Source: Paecilomyces variotii
Lineage: Eukaryota
DNA length: 64,000 bases
Reading direction: 5' to 3' (one strand)
Assembly: GCA_004022145.1 (NCBI GenBank)
Contig: RCNU01000010.1
Shown in pieces: positions 51,016 to 62,922 of the stretch. The first letter of the stretch is position 1; each line of letters begins with the position of its first letter. Below the pieces are notes generated by a model that saw only the letters and a list, made by a program, of their open reading frames with translations, made no database searches and had not been told where the DNA came from. The translations under genes were made by a program, and so were the position numbers.

Positions 51016-52594
51016 ATGGCTCGTCTGTTGCAGTCCCTGCGACAGGCATTGGGACTTTCCTCATCCAAGCCTCTCCCCTCCTTTCGACAGTCCATCGACA
51101 CCAACTTCACGGTCTTTCGAGGTGAGCAATGCGCGAAAAAGAACAAGCACCACACATGCTCCCCTTCTTCTCACGAGAGACAATGCCAATTTACAAGATG
51201 ATTCGCAGAGGGCGATAGAGCCATCATTCACGGAAAGACGCCGGTTTTGACGAAGCCATTGACAAAAGGCCAGAAGACAGAGGCCCGGCGCGGAGTCCTC
51301 AAGCATGACGACATAATCGGAAAGAGAGTACGGGATCTAGTGCAGGCTCACAAGGGTGAGTTTGAGGAGAACTTCTTATTTTGTTGGCTTTTCGGGGTCA
51401 ATGCAAGACAAGAAGAACACGAGAGCTGAAAGCATAAAATAACCGCGTGCAGGACCCGAGTATCGCTTGAGCCTCCCCAGTCTCGAGGAATATGTCGTCC
51501 TCACGCCTCGCCTTGTCACGCCGGTATGGTGGAGTGGAGATGAATTCTCCTTTATGAAATTATGCTGATTCGATGATCGACTTTGTTTGGCCGGTCAGAT
51601 CTATGCAGCCGACGCCAATCTGATCGTATCGCTGCTTGATATCCATGTCACCCCGCCAGCCGAGGGCGACGAACAGCCTCCGCTGGAAATCCTCGAGTCC
51701 GGCACCGGCCATGGCTCTTTGACTCTCCATCTAGCACGGGCCATCCATGCCGCCAATGCCTCCCCTCCTCCCCTTCCGGGTCAATCGCAGATCAACTTCG
51801 TCAAGAAGCAGCAGAAGCCCCTGGTCGACGCGGAAACGGTGCCAGGGAACCAGCGCACGAATCCCGCCGAGGAGGATCCAGTGCAGCAACAATGGGACGC
51901 GTGGCGTTCCCGGCGCAGAGCCGTCATCCATACCATCGATGTTTCCCCCAAGTTTTCCGCTCATGCGGAGAAGATCGTGCGAGGGTTCAGACGCGGAATC
52001 TATGCTGGCAACGTCGATTTTCACGTGGGGCGGGCGGAGGATTGGATCGCCGATCAAATCCAACGTCGAACGAAATCGAGCATTTTCTCATCGGGAAACA
52101 CAGATCCGTTCTTATCCTACGCGATCCTGGACATGCCCTCTGCTCACCTCCGCATCCCCCATGTCGCTCCGATCTTGAAGCGGGACGGCATCTTGGCGGT
52201 GTTTATGCCCAGTGTGACGCAAATCGGAGAGTGCGTTGATCTTATCCGCAGAGAGAAACTGCCGTTCATCCTGGAACGAGCTGTCGAACTAGGATCGGGT
52301 CTGAGCAGCGGTCGGCTCTGGGATATCCGTTTCGCAGTCAAAAAATCTCGTGCCGATCCATCTTCGTGGACTGATCTGGCTGCTCAAGGTTCGGATGGGC
52401 CAAAGATGGATGAGGCGTCTGAGGACGTTGACGTCGAGAATGAACCCGCGTCTGAAGAAGAACAAAAACAACAACCACAATCACAGGATAAAAACGACAG
52501 CGTTCTAGTCTGTCGACCAAAAGTCGGAACGAGAATTGTCGGAGGAGGCTTCGTGGGAATCTGGAGGAGGATAGAAGATGAGAGAGCCGCCTAA
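51016..52594 (+). CDS. TRM61: tRNA m1A58 methyltransferase catalytic subunit (Trm61/GCD14 family), probably organellar; 4 exons
   Basis: Presequence-like N-terminus; HDDIIGK; EEYVVLTPRLVTPIY; ILESGTGHGSLT; ILDMP; FMPSVTQ. Confidence 0.85.
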
Positions 52595-52875
52595 AACTCG
52601 TCTTGTTCATACATTGTGAAAATCTCAATTGGATACCCCTATACAACAGCGTGTACTATATACTATATCCTGAACTATGCCATCTGCATAAAATAGCATT
52701 TCGGACTATATACTATGATCTATGACACCATTATACCTTTTTCTTATTATCCAAGCGGAAAAGACAAAAGTAATCCAAGCCAGCCCCCGTCTTTCAATCA
52801 CTTATGGCAGTAATACTTTAAACAAAAGTGAAAACAAAAAGACCCAATGCCTTACCGCGGTGTCGTCGACGCATC

Positions 52876-54645
52876 TCACAGCTTCGGTTTCACAACCTCC
52901 TTCATCCCCTGCGTCCAATCAGCTCTCGTCCCAGCATTATCATCCTCCACGGGACTTCTTATATTCGAATCTCCTTCACCTTGCACTACTAGCCCACCAT
53001 CATCCTTATCATCCGAACTCCCAGCCCTGCTACCACTACCACTACTAGTATTTCCCCGCGCAGGACATTTACCCAGAATCCACTCAGCAACATCCGTAGC
53101 GAATTGATCTCCCATCCCATCCGGCTCAGCATGCAACCTATGATATCCCCCCTTGTACCGTTTAAACATCTTATCCCCCACATCAATCACCTCCGCGAAT
53201 CTCCTCGTCGCATCGTAAAGATTAATCTGATCATCATCTCCATGACAGAACCACATCGGAGGCACACTCTCTCCACCATCTACATGTAGTTGTTGACCCC
53301 CTGTAGCGATCCCCTCCAACCAAAGACCCCGATCTAGCATCCCAGCTAATCCCTCCAGAGTACCTGTATCATGGCACAGTTCGTCCGTGGCATAATCCTC
53401 ACAGACCTGCGGGTCTCGACTAACCAGATTGGCGTCCACAGGGGAATATAACTGCCAGCGCGGGAGGAGCTTTGCTGCCATTCGACCGAGGGTGACTTTT
53501 AGCATGGATGGACGAGTTGATGGATGTAATGCGATGAGGGGCGAGTATATCATTGCTCCTGAGAGGGTTGGGCGGGATTGATTGTTGTTGTTATTGTTGA
53601 AGGGTGATTCCGGATGGAATATGTAAGTGAGTAATTGGCCGCCACCCATGCTGTGGCCCATTACGAAGAGGGGAGCTTTGGGAGGACAGAGAGAGAGGAG
53701 GAATGAGTGCATGTCTGCGAGAACGAGGGTTGTTGGACCTGTTAAACCGCGCTCGGAGGGTTGGGTTACGGAACGGCCCCAGCCTCTGGTGGATAAGTAT
53801 GTTAGATAGATATTTGAAGGATTGATTGTATGGGAGAAAACATGCGATGTCAAGCAAACTATTCCCATCTCCAATATGAGAAGCAAGAACAAGACATACC
53901 TCTGATCAACAGCCCTAACCTCAATTCCCCGATCTGCCAACGTCGGGAAGAACTCATAGTATGCATTACCTAGTTTAGATCACAGAAATAAATTAACCTC
54001 CCCTTCAGTATATCATACCCAGAAGACGGCGCAGGCAGTGGGATATTTCTCCCCTTCCGAAACAAAAAGACCACCAAATGGAAATAAAATTGTTAAATGA
54101 ATGACACATACAGTGATCACTGAATCCATGGAAGAAGGCAAGAACCGCACGGGGGGGATTGCTTTTGGGCTGTGGCGAATCTCGAGTTAGAAGATCATAT
54201 ACACACAGGTAATACGGAAGTTGATAAGGGATTTATGCATAATTGCAGGGATATGTAAAGATTTCAGGGCAAAAACTGAACATAAGTACTTGCCTAGGCA
54301 ACACGAATTAAGTAGAATGTCAAGGGGGAAAAAAAAGATCAAAGATCAAAACCAAAAGAGCCAAATATGCACAATTACAGAGTACTAGTTGTGCAACTTC
54401 AAATACCCAATCGGGGAATTTCCAAATCATCTTTGTTAATCATCACCATTACACACACAAACACATCACTGCAGGCTTATTACATAGCAGAGTAGTACAA
54501 ATAACATCATCCACAGGAATACCGAAAAACCTCCAACTCAAAAAAAAAAACTAACCTTCCACATCTTCGTATATAACCCCTTTCCATCCGGAAGGACATG
54601 CATGCCCTCCTCTTCTGTATACGAAAGCGTTGTTTCTGTCGTCAT
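52876..54645 (-). CDS. Alpha/beta hydrolase, monoglyceride lipase/lysophospholipase (Yju3-like); exons 54645-54556, 54169-54112, 53969-53900 and 53785-52876
   Basis: GLYTKMW; FHGFSDH; DQRGWGRS; nucleophile elbow GHSMGG; HGDDD; GGYHRLHAE. Confidence 0.88.
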
Positions 54646-55646
54646 ACTGGCCCCTTGTTGCAGCAGTTCGGTTCAGTTCCTTTATAAGTATATATATAGT
54701 ATGTTCTGGTAGCGTCTGCTATCGCGAGATTATATATATATATATTTGCTTTGGGTCATCAGACGAAACAAAAAAAAGAAGATATGACGGAAGAACACGA
54801 GGGGCTGGAATCTGAGGTCATCCTCGTTTTTTCTCGTTCAGCTGACTGGTACATGTGAAATGGTGGCTATTTCCGGGGAGCTGGTCTTGGCGGGCCACAT
54901 GTCGAAGACGATACCTAAGGTCGGGTATAGACAATTAAATAATAAACATCTATGGTCTTTCATTTCATCTTCTACAAATATCAAGAATCATTACCGGCCA
55001 ATAGCACTACGACCACCGTCTACATCCTACAAGCTCACAGAAGGTGTACAAGGCAACCAGTGAAAGTAGCAACGACATGCCCTCTCGCAACGTCGAGCGG
55101 CGGCTAGTTTTGAGAAAGCTACAAAAGCCAAAGCACATACACTAACGAAGAGAAAAAGCCCGTTCGCCGAATTGGAGAGAACAACCCCCCTTCATGGACC
55201 AAACCCAGTACGGAATCACGAAGGGCCCCGTCCAGCCTTCGAGTTTCACCCAAACACCGTCAACCCAACCCCCCGAGTGACAACCACAAGGGCGTCGCTG
55301 CAGCAGGGCGGAAGAAATCGAGGTCAAGTCAAACGCACCCAGCACTAACAGTAGAGGGGAACCGACAGTCAAAGAGAGGGAAAAGGACAGAAGGCAATAA
55401 GAAAAAAAGAGTTTACCACGCCGTTGAGTAATTTCCAAGAACATAGTACGCGAGAAACAGCTTAACAGAACGGGATGCCCAAAGGCGATAACGAGAAACG
55501 TAACTCAATAACAGGAGAGAAGAATAGAGCCCGGTAACAGGACGCATCAGACATACAGAATAAGAACCCCAAAGATTCCGAGATAGCGAGGAAAGCCGGC
55601 TGCACACAAAACACCAGTCTCATAATATGTGATATGCTCCATTCCA

Positions 55647-57951
55647 TCAATTCGTCTTATCCCGTTGCGGCCCGAAATCCGCCTCCACGACTTTGCCCTT
55701 TTTCCCCTTAACAGAGAACTCCGCAAGCAATGCGATATGGTCACTTGGAAAATGATAATTAGGAAATCCGGGTACCTTTCGCAGGTAGTCCTTGTCGATC
55801 TCACCAAGGAGACCGGTGACATGAAGCGCGGTGGAAGAGTACCAAACGTAGTCCAGAATGTCTTTGAAATCGGGAGTGTAGTTGGTAAAACTCATCTCAC
55901 CGATCGTGGAATATGCAGACTTCATCTTGAACGGATGGGTCATACCGACACGACTGAGGTTTCCGTACAACCGCTTCTCGAGATCGGGGTGTTCCTCCGT
56001 CAGCCCTCCGCTCGCAATGATGTTATATGCAGCAGAACCGGGGGACGAGTTGAAGTCACCGCAAATGACAAGAGGAATCTGATCACCGCTGGAGTATTCG
56101 GCCGATGCCGCAGGCTCAGGAGGCGCCGAGCCCTCCCGAGTTGCTTCCGCCTCTGAAAAGCGGAACGCAGTCTTATCGGTGCATGGAGGCCATTTAGAGT
56201 ACTTGTCCGCAAGCTTCGTGATCTCTTCCATCAGGATGGCGGTCTGGATCAACTTGACATCCTTGAAAGCGGGATCCCAGTACAGGTGTGCATTAACCAC
56301 GATCAACCGGCTGCCCGTCATGCGATTCTCCAGGAAAGCGACGACAGCGATGTGATCCTTCTGCCAAAGACGGTTATAGATATCATCTTGACCCTTAGCG
56401 TCCGGTCTTCTGACAGCAATCTGACCGAAGTTGATCATCTGCTTGTCAAGAAGGATAAACTTGCTGCCCTTGAAAAAGATAGCGCATCCATCCACCGACT
56501 TTGCCTCTTCTTCATGCATGCCCATGGCTCGGCCTCTGGGCCAGTACACACCCTTGTAATCATTGTAGGCGAGCTGCTCCCGGAAGAAGTCATTGTAATT
56601 GCCTTGGTCGATCTCCTGCAGACAGGCGATATCCGAGTCATGTCCTCGGATCTCGCTCAGAATCAGATCGCGTCTATATTCCCATGCCAAAGCCCGAGAT
56701 GGCGTATAACCGTAATGAGACTGCGTGGCAGACTGGTCACACAGGGTGTTGTAGGATAGGACCGTAAATTTGTCAGATGCGGCGTTGGATGTGTTAGCAG
56801 TCTCATCAAGGACTATCCAGTCCCTCTCAGGGGGTGGCATTTGCACTGCAGAGACACACCAAGTTAGCTTCTCGAACGGACGACTGGCATACTAATACTG
56901 GTGACTCACCTGGCATCTCCTCCCTTAGGTACTTGATGAGAGCCCTTGTGCCTTCTTTCATGATCTGGGACTTCAACACATCATTCAACGGGTTACCCTC
57001 AATTCCCAGGGTGTCCAACTGGTACAAATATCCCATCTCATACGGGAGCGTGTGTAGGTTGTTGTCGAACAGGTAGAGCTTTTTCAAGTTCGTGAGCATG
57101 CCGATCTCCTCTGGAAGTTCGCTGATATCGTTTCCGGAGAGATCCAAGTGACTGAGCTTCCGCAATTCTCCAATGGAGGGAGGCACGGCCTTGAGCTTGT
57201 TGTGGTTGAGATACAGCTTTTCCAGGAAGACGTAGTTAAAAAGCGACGGTGCTATCGCACGGAGTCCCTGTCCACCAAAGTCGAGAGCTTGCCAACCTTG
57301 TCTTCGGCCATCCTTTCCACGTGTACCATTCCGCCCGTCTCCATTCTCATCGGGCTGAATGATCTGAATGCCCTTTGTCTGCTGTGCAACACTCCGGGCA
57401 TAATAATGGGGGGAATTAGACTGCCGTGACTCCGCGGCCAGCTGAAGCTGCTGCTGCCAGTGTTCGTTCATGGATTCGTCGATCTCATCTTCGGCGGCCG
57501 CTGGAGTCCCGTTCTGAAGGTGGCTTGGCGTGAAATGTGGGGTCGTACTGGCCAAGGCGGCCGCCGTGAAGTTGTGCTGGTGATTGACGGTGTGAGAAGC
57601 CTGGTTGTGGTGAGGATGATGTTGCTGCTGAGCGTGGTGTGGGTGATGGTTCTGATGCTGGAACTTGGGCATCTGCATGCCGAATCTCTGGTGGGCTTGC
57701 CCGCCGTTCATCATGACATGTTGCCCTTGATGTCCCTGGCTGTACATGGTGTATGGATTGAGACCGTTCGTCTGGCCCAGAGGAGGAGATCGAGAGGGAG
57801 AGGGAGTATCGTTATTGAACTTCAGTCTTCCGTTAGGAGAACTGGTTCCGTTGCGAAGGAGGTGTCGTTGATGTGCGTTCTGTTGAGATTGCGCTTGAAA
57901 GAAGAACTGCCCGGCCCCAGGCTGCTGGAACCGGTAGGTACCATCTGCCAT
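55647..57951 (-). CDS. CCR4: Ccr4 deadenylase of the CCR4-NOT complex; exons 57951-56910 and 56845-55647
   Basis: Gln/His-rich N-terminus, LRR repeats, and an EEP nuclease domain (SYNTL, CLQE, GDFNS, LDY, PSDH). Confidence 0.97.
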
Positions 57952-58095
57952 TTAACGTGGCAGACGAGACCGGAGATGATTCTCGTAGCGAGATACGTCC
58001 AACGAGACTCGAGTCGTGTGTTCAGGTCGTAGCTTCGGAGAAGGAGCGAGAGTGGGAGTGAGAGGTCGAATACGTTCTCTCCTTCTCTTCAACAT
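57952..58095 (-). promoter_or_regulatory. 47-codon uORF in frame with CCR4, stop codon directly adjoining the CCR4 ATG
   Basis: ATG at 58095 reads MLKRRRERIRP...RSRLPR, then TAA at 57954-57952 and ATG at 57951. Confidence 0.5.
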
Positions 58096-59371
58096 GGGGT
58101 CCTGAGAGGAACCACCCTTGAAACCGCGCCTATGGATTGTCCAATGTCGCGCTGGTAGTCGATGGCCACAGCCGGCCTGTTGCCCGCGTCGGTTGCACTT
58201 TGTTGACCGGTTCGAGGAAGTGGTGGTTGGATGATGGGGTCGGGGATCGGCTGCGAGTCAGAGTCCGGATGGTGGAGAAAGAAAGGCTCCCAGAGTTGGC
58301 CTGAAGGAGGGAGAGAGACTTCACACGCAGAGAATCGAGACTATCAAAGGACGAACGTGAGCACCAAAGAGTGACCGTTCCCACAGAAAACGTCGCCGGC
58401 AGGAGATTGTGCAGCGCTGTCTCTTGTCGCTGCGAAGTGGTTTGCATCGAAAGCGGGAGTTGTAGCGTGTCACGTGAGAAAAGGCCAGCGGGCAGCTGCC
58501 TGGCGGTGATTGGCTGGTCTGGGGCCAAGACGTGGAAGAACTTCAACCAGCTTTTTGCCCCTTGAGCGAAATCAAGGAAGCACATGGAAGCCTCAAAGAA
58601 AGGGGCAGTGGTATATGGCCAGGTCCTTTTCAGCTTCGCTTCCAGACTCCTGCGGTGCCTACCTGTGTTATTAGAACGGGCCGGAATGGGGGGTATATTC
58701 AACTGCTACTCCAGACGATGAATACCTGACAGGCCATGTGTTCGTGAGACGCTCAGACGAAAACAGACATCCTCACAATTGCAGTTACGTCACGGATTAG
58801 GTCCAAGGACGATTACAACTTCAGACGAAAGGTGAGAAGAGTATAACCAACAATTACTCTTGATGTTAAGCTTCAGCTTACCCTTGATGTCTTCCTCTTC
58901 GCCTTCGAAAGCCTCATCTCATGCTAGGGGTATGAACTGTGTATACAGGTCTCGCCAGCTACTAAGGTAGAGCTTTTGAGACTCAGCAATAATAGAAAAT
59001 CCATTTCTCGAGTACATCACTTGAAACAACGTGTATAAGATCGCCAAGAGATGCTCTAGACTTATAATATAATAAGATACTGCGGTAGAGAGTTGCCTCC
59101 CGCCATTCACGGACATGTTGTTTGAGAGACACCAAGACAGGCATTCCGCAAGGAACTGATTTGAACGGGTATCAAAACTACAATTGAACCATAAACAGTC
59201 GTCACTATCTCCTTCGCCATAACCATTGATCTTGCCATCGTTATCATTACCAAGTTCCCATATGACCTCTCTAGTGCAGGAACGAAGCTCGTTAAGCCGT
59301 GACAACAACGAAAGAAAAAGAAATCTAACTAATGTATTAGATACTAGATCGACCACCTGCATGGTCCCATT

Positions 59372-60460
59372 TCATTCCCATTTCGCATAATCCGGGAAAT
59401 ATCGGTCATGAATCCTTCCAGCATAGTCAAGGATAGCCGGGAACTGCTTGACCAGTTGCTGTGACTCCGGGTTCCTGTGTTTTGCTCACATCAGTCTCAA
59501 AATCAAGCTGATGGCCGAAAAAGGGAAGCAAGCAAATAGTAAAAGAAGGCTACAAGTGCCAATAAGAAATAAATAGTTAACTAAAACAAGGATGGGGTTA
59601 GGTAAGCATACGCAGTACAAACCAAAACCGACACAATGAAGCCAAATACGGTAGCATCCGCCTCGGTGGGATGGTCTCCTTCGAGGACCCAGAATGGTTG
59701 ATCATTAGGAGCCCCGTTCACTGTGGCTCTGGCCCGGGACGAGATCAACAGGCCATTAATAGCCTCCCAGATCTCGCTCCGGAAGACACGGATCTCAGCC
59801 GCCGTGTAACGACCGGTCCCTTGGTCATGCAGCATCTGCGTCGCGTGGCGGTATAGCAATAGTCCGATGATCACGCGCTTGGGATATATCAATGCGGACA
59901 GCAGACGGTCGCGCATCGCGTAGTAGTTTTGTGTCCATCTTTCCCAAGCCTATATGTATCAAAAAGATAAAGGCAAAAAGGGTCAGTTTGCATCTTCTGC
60001 CTTATTTGGTGAAATCATTACGAGAGCCCAGGAATATAAGTTGTCATCTCATGACGGCAGGGTATATATTGGCTTGGACAAGAACTGCGGTACGAACATG
60101 ATAGAAATAGAGCTTCTCCTCGAAGAGAGCCCGGATGGCAAGGTCCTGCGCTCTGACCGTAGGCGAAGAGGCCTGCGCATTGATATTCGGGAGGATGTCC
60201 CGCTCGACTAGATGCTTGATGATGAGAGTCGAGTCCGCGAGAATAACAGAGTCCGAGCCTCGCTCTCGCAGCTCTGCATATGGAATTTTGCCTCTCGGGG
60301 CATCCCGCAATGAGCCGCCTTTGGTCTCATATCGCACTCCAGCGAAACGGAGTCGGGCTTCAAGCTTAATGACAAACGGCGACCAGATGTGTTTTCCTGG
60401 ATCGAGCCATCCTCGGTAGACAGTCAGTTCTGGTCCGTGCTCTGTTTCCGTCGGCGACAT
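59372..60460 (-). CDS. GST-fold protein, FAX/metaxin-like (3 exons)
   Basis: WSPFVIKLEARLRF; APRGKIPY; ADSTLII; PTEADATVFGF; YAGRIHDRYFPDY. Confidence 0.85.
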
Positions 60461-61716
60461 CCTTCCTCGGTGTGTATACAAGTTGCAGATCGTAGTTCAA
60501 GAGATTCTTCAATAGTTAGAAACAAAACAGATGATGATCAATGGACTACTGGCATGAGAAAGGGCTCTTTTTGAAGTCTTTTATCGCCCTCTCGCGGCAA
60601 TGAGCGGACGTTGCTGATCCCGAAAGCCCGTATTGCTGTGGGAGGCCTGATTTTACCTGATTTTACCATGCCAACCCAACAGCCTAACACGGAATTCCAT
60701 TCGAGCACCTAGGGCTAGCCGAGGGTCGCCCTCCTCCAGCTCCGACATGAAGCCCGAAGCGCAGGGCTGGCTATCTATCTGGATTCTGAACACTCGATGC
60801 GAACACAGCAAGCTACGACCGGAGACGAATGCACGAAACGAGTAACCGGGGAACCGGGAGCCTGCGGGGAGCAATAGCTCCCTAATTCAAAGACAATACT
60901 CTATCCAAAGTACTTTGTAGAGTCGGTACTACTAGTACTAGGTACTGACGCAGAGTCCAGGGTATCTCAGAAGTTGGGACTCTTTTTTCGAGGCAACCTC
61001 GAGTTTTCCGTATCGTTATTGGCCTTCACCATGGTCTATTGATCGCGCTACTGCGTTGCAGGGAATCATCCTGAACCATTCCCTCGGAGACCTTGTCATT
61101 GATTCTTATTATTGCTGCTGTTTCGCGCATGGTGCAGAATAGGGGATGGGCAAGGGGCCAAAGGTAGATCACGGACCCGGACGGCAGGTTCCCCAGACAT
61201 CGTCGACAGTCCGTCCCAGGACCATTGTTCCCAAGGCACTGGAGATGGGTACATAGTGCGATGGGACACAGACTTCCGTTTCCCGTCCCATGGATGTGGC
61301 CGTGGGCTATCTAGTTCCAGTAACTGTCATCTCCCTTATTTCGTTCAACGGGAACCGCTAGAGCCTCGCAAAGCGGAAAAGGCGCGGTAGAGCCGAGCTA
61401 GTTGATTGTGATAACCCAATCAGTGTCTTGCCTTCGAGATTTCCAAGGAGATCATGATGATTATGGTGACTGTCCTCACTAGGTTTCGAGCAAATGTACG
61501 AATACGTGTACGTCCCTCTGCCATTCGATATGTCTGTGGTCTGATGCCCACAATCATAATATGCAGTCTGGTCCTGTCAGTTATCTCTGGGTTCCAGGGG
61601 GGCGGCAGATCCATCGACCAGCTTGACGGATATTTACGTTCCAGAAAGGGCATACACGGCTGCACGCACAGGCTTGACACCCGAGGTCACGGACGGTGGG
61701 GCGGGCAATGTCCGTT

Positions 61717-61750
61717 GCTAAAGAGCTAAAGGGTTAAAGGGCTAAAGAGC
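61717..61750. repeat. Imperfect 8-bp tandem repeat (GCTAAAGR) x4
   Basis: gctaaaga-gctaaagg-gttaaagg-gctaaaga-gc. Confidence 0.8.
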
Positions 61751-62922
61751 ATGGCCATCATCATGCTTGCAGAACCGGGTCATGGTCCCCGAGTCTGGGG
61801 AGCGGTTGCTAGTCAGGCACAAGATGCAGGTCACATCCTCAGGGGAAGCGTACTCAAGCTTCCGACGGCCGACTAGACGCTAAGAGTTGATAGAATCCAG
61901 GGGAACCGGCCGAGTCTCGGCACAACGTGTAGACCCCGGTCTCTAAGAAGAATATCATTAGCGACTCCTACACCCTTGGATGTGGACCGTCGTGACAGAT
62001 CATTCATCAAAGACACCCCGCGAGGTCTGTGATTTCGACCCTGATTGTCACTGGTGGCGTCCAACAGCATGTCCGAGGACGCCGCAGACAATTGGAGAAG
62101 GGCTTGTACCATACTGTAGATATGATGGACGAGGCGCCTTTCACTGTGGCAACCTTATATGTCTCTGACAACACCAAGCTTCTCAACAGATAATGCAGCC
62201 GCAAATGAAATGATATGATTAGCGGCCCACATGATGCTCTTTCAGAGTGCATTGCCAAGGTGAGCACTACCATTTCGATTTCAGCAGCTCACGAGCAGGA
62301 TTCTGTGTCTGTGACTCTGTTGACGTTGAATGCTAAAAAGTAACAGCACAGCCTAGACTACTGCGTACTTCGACACGTGAGCCTCTTTAGGGCCTCAGAG
62401 GCTGACATGACATGATCCGGAAAAGGAAATAGTGCGTAGTGTTAGCGGAACGAAAAAATTTTCCAATCTTCACTCCATCTAGCTGAAGTGAAGATTCGGC
62501 TATAGAACGCGGCGCGTAGCCGAGAAGCCACTGAGGATGGCCGAAAAGGCCCTGACAAATTGGTAAAAATGGACGAGAATGGCAGTTTCTCGTCTGAAAC
62601 GCTTTTTTTGCCATGGGACATCAGTCTGCCCTGTGCTCACCCGATTTGCGGGCCAGCGGACGATGCAACTTGCGATCGCCGTTTCCAAGTAAATGATGTC
62701 AAGCATTATCAATCTCCAACGGTCTGAGCCGTTAAGCCGCCCAGAACCACCGATCCCTCTGCATCCGCGGTGGTCGATTCCAAAAACGGTTCGAAGTAAC
62801 ATCGACGAGCGACGGCGGATCCAAAGGTCCGCCACCATTATTGCCTTTGCTCCTCCGCCAGGCAGTGTGGATGCCGCCAAGGGGCTGTCGACCGGACCTC
62901 GACCTGGGATCCATCGGCGTGG

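Noticed and set aside
58130..58702. 190-aa ORF upstream of CCR4
   Set aside because: TTG start, spans the likely promoter/5' UTR, and shows no family features.
58919..59362. 147-aa ORF starting ~10 nt after the GST-like stop codon
   Set aside because: Falls in the presumed 3' UTR, has no promoter space, and shows no recognisable motif.
60531..60617. ATGATGA...CTGA pair 85 nt apart (C/D snoRNA-like)
   Set aside because: No terminal stem or identifiable rRNA guide; it lies antisense in the GST promoter.
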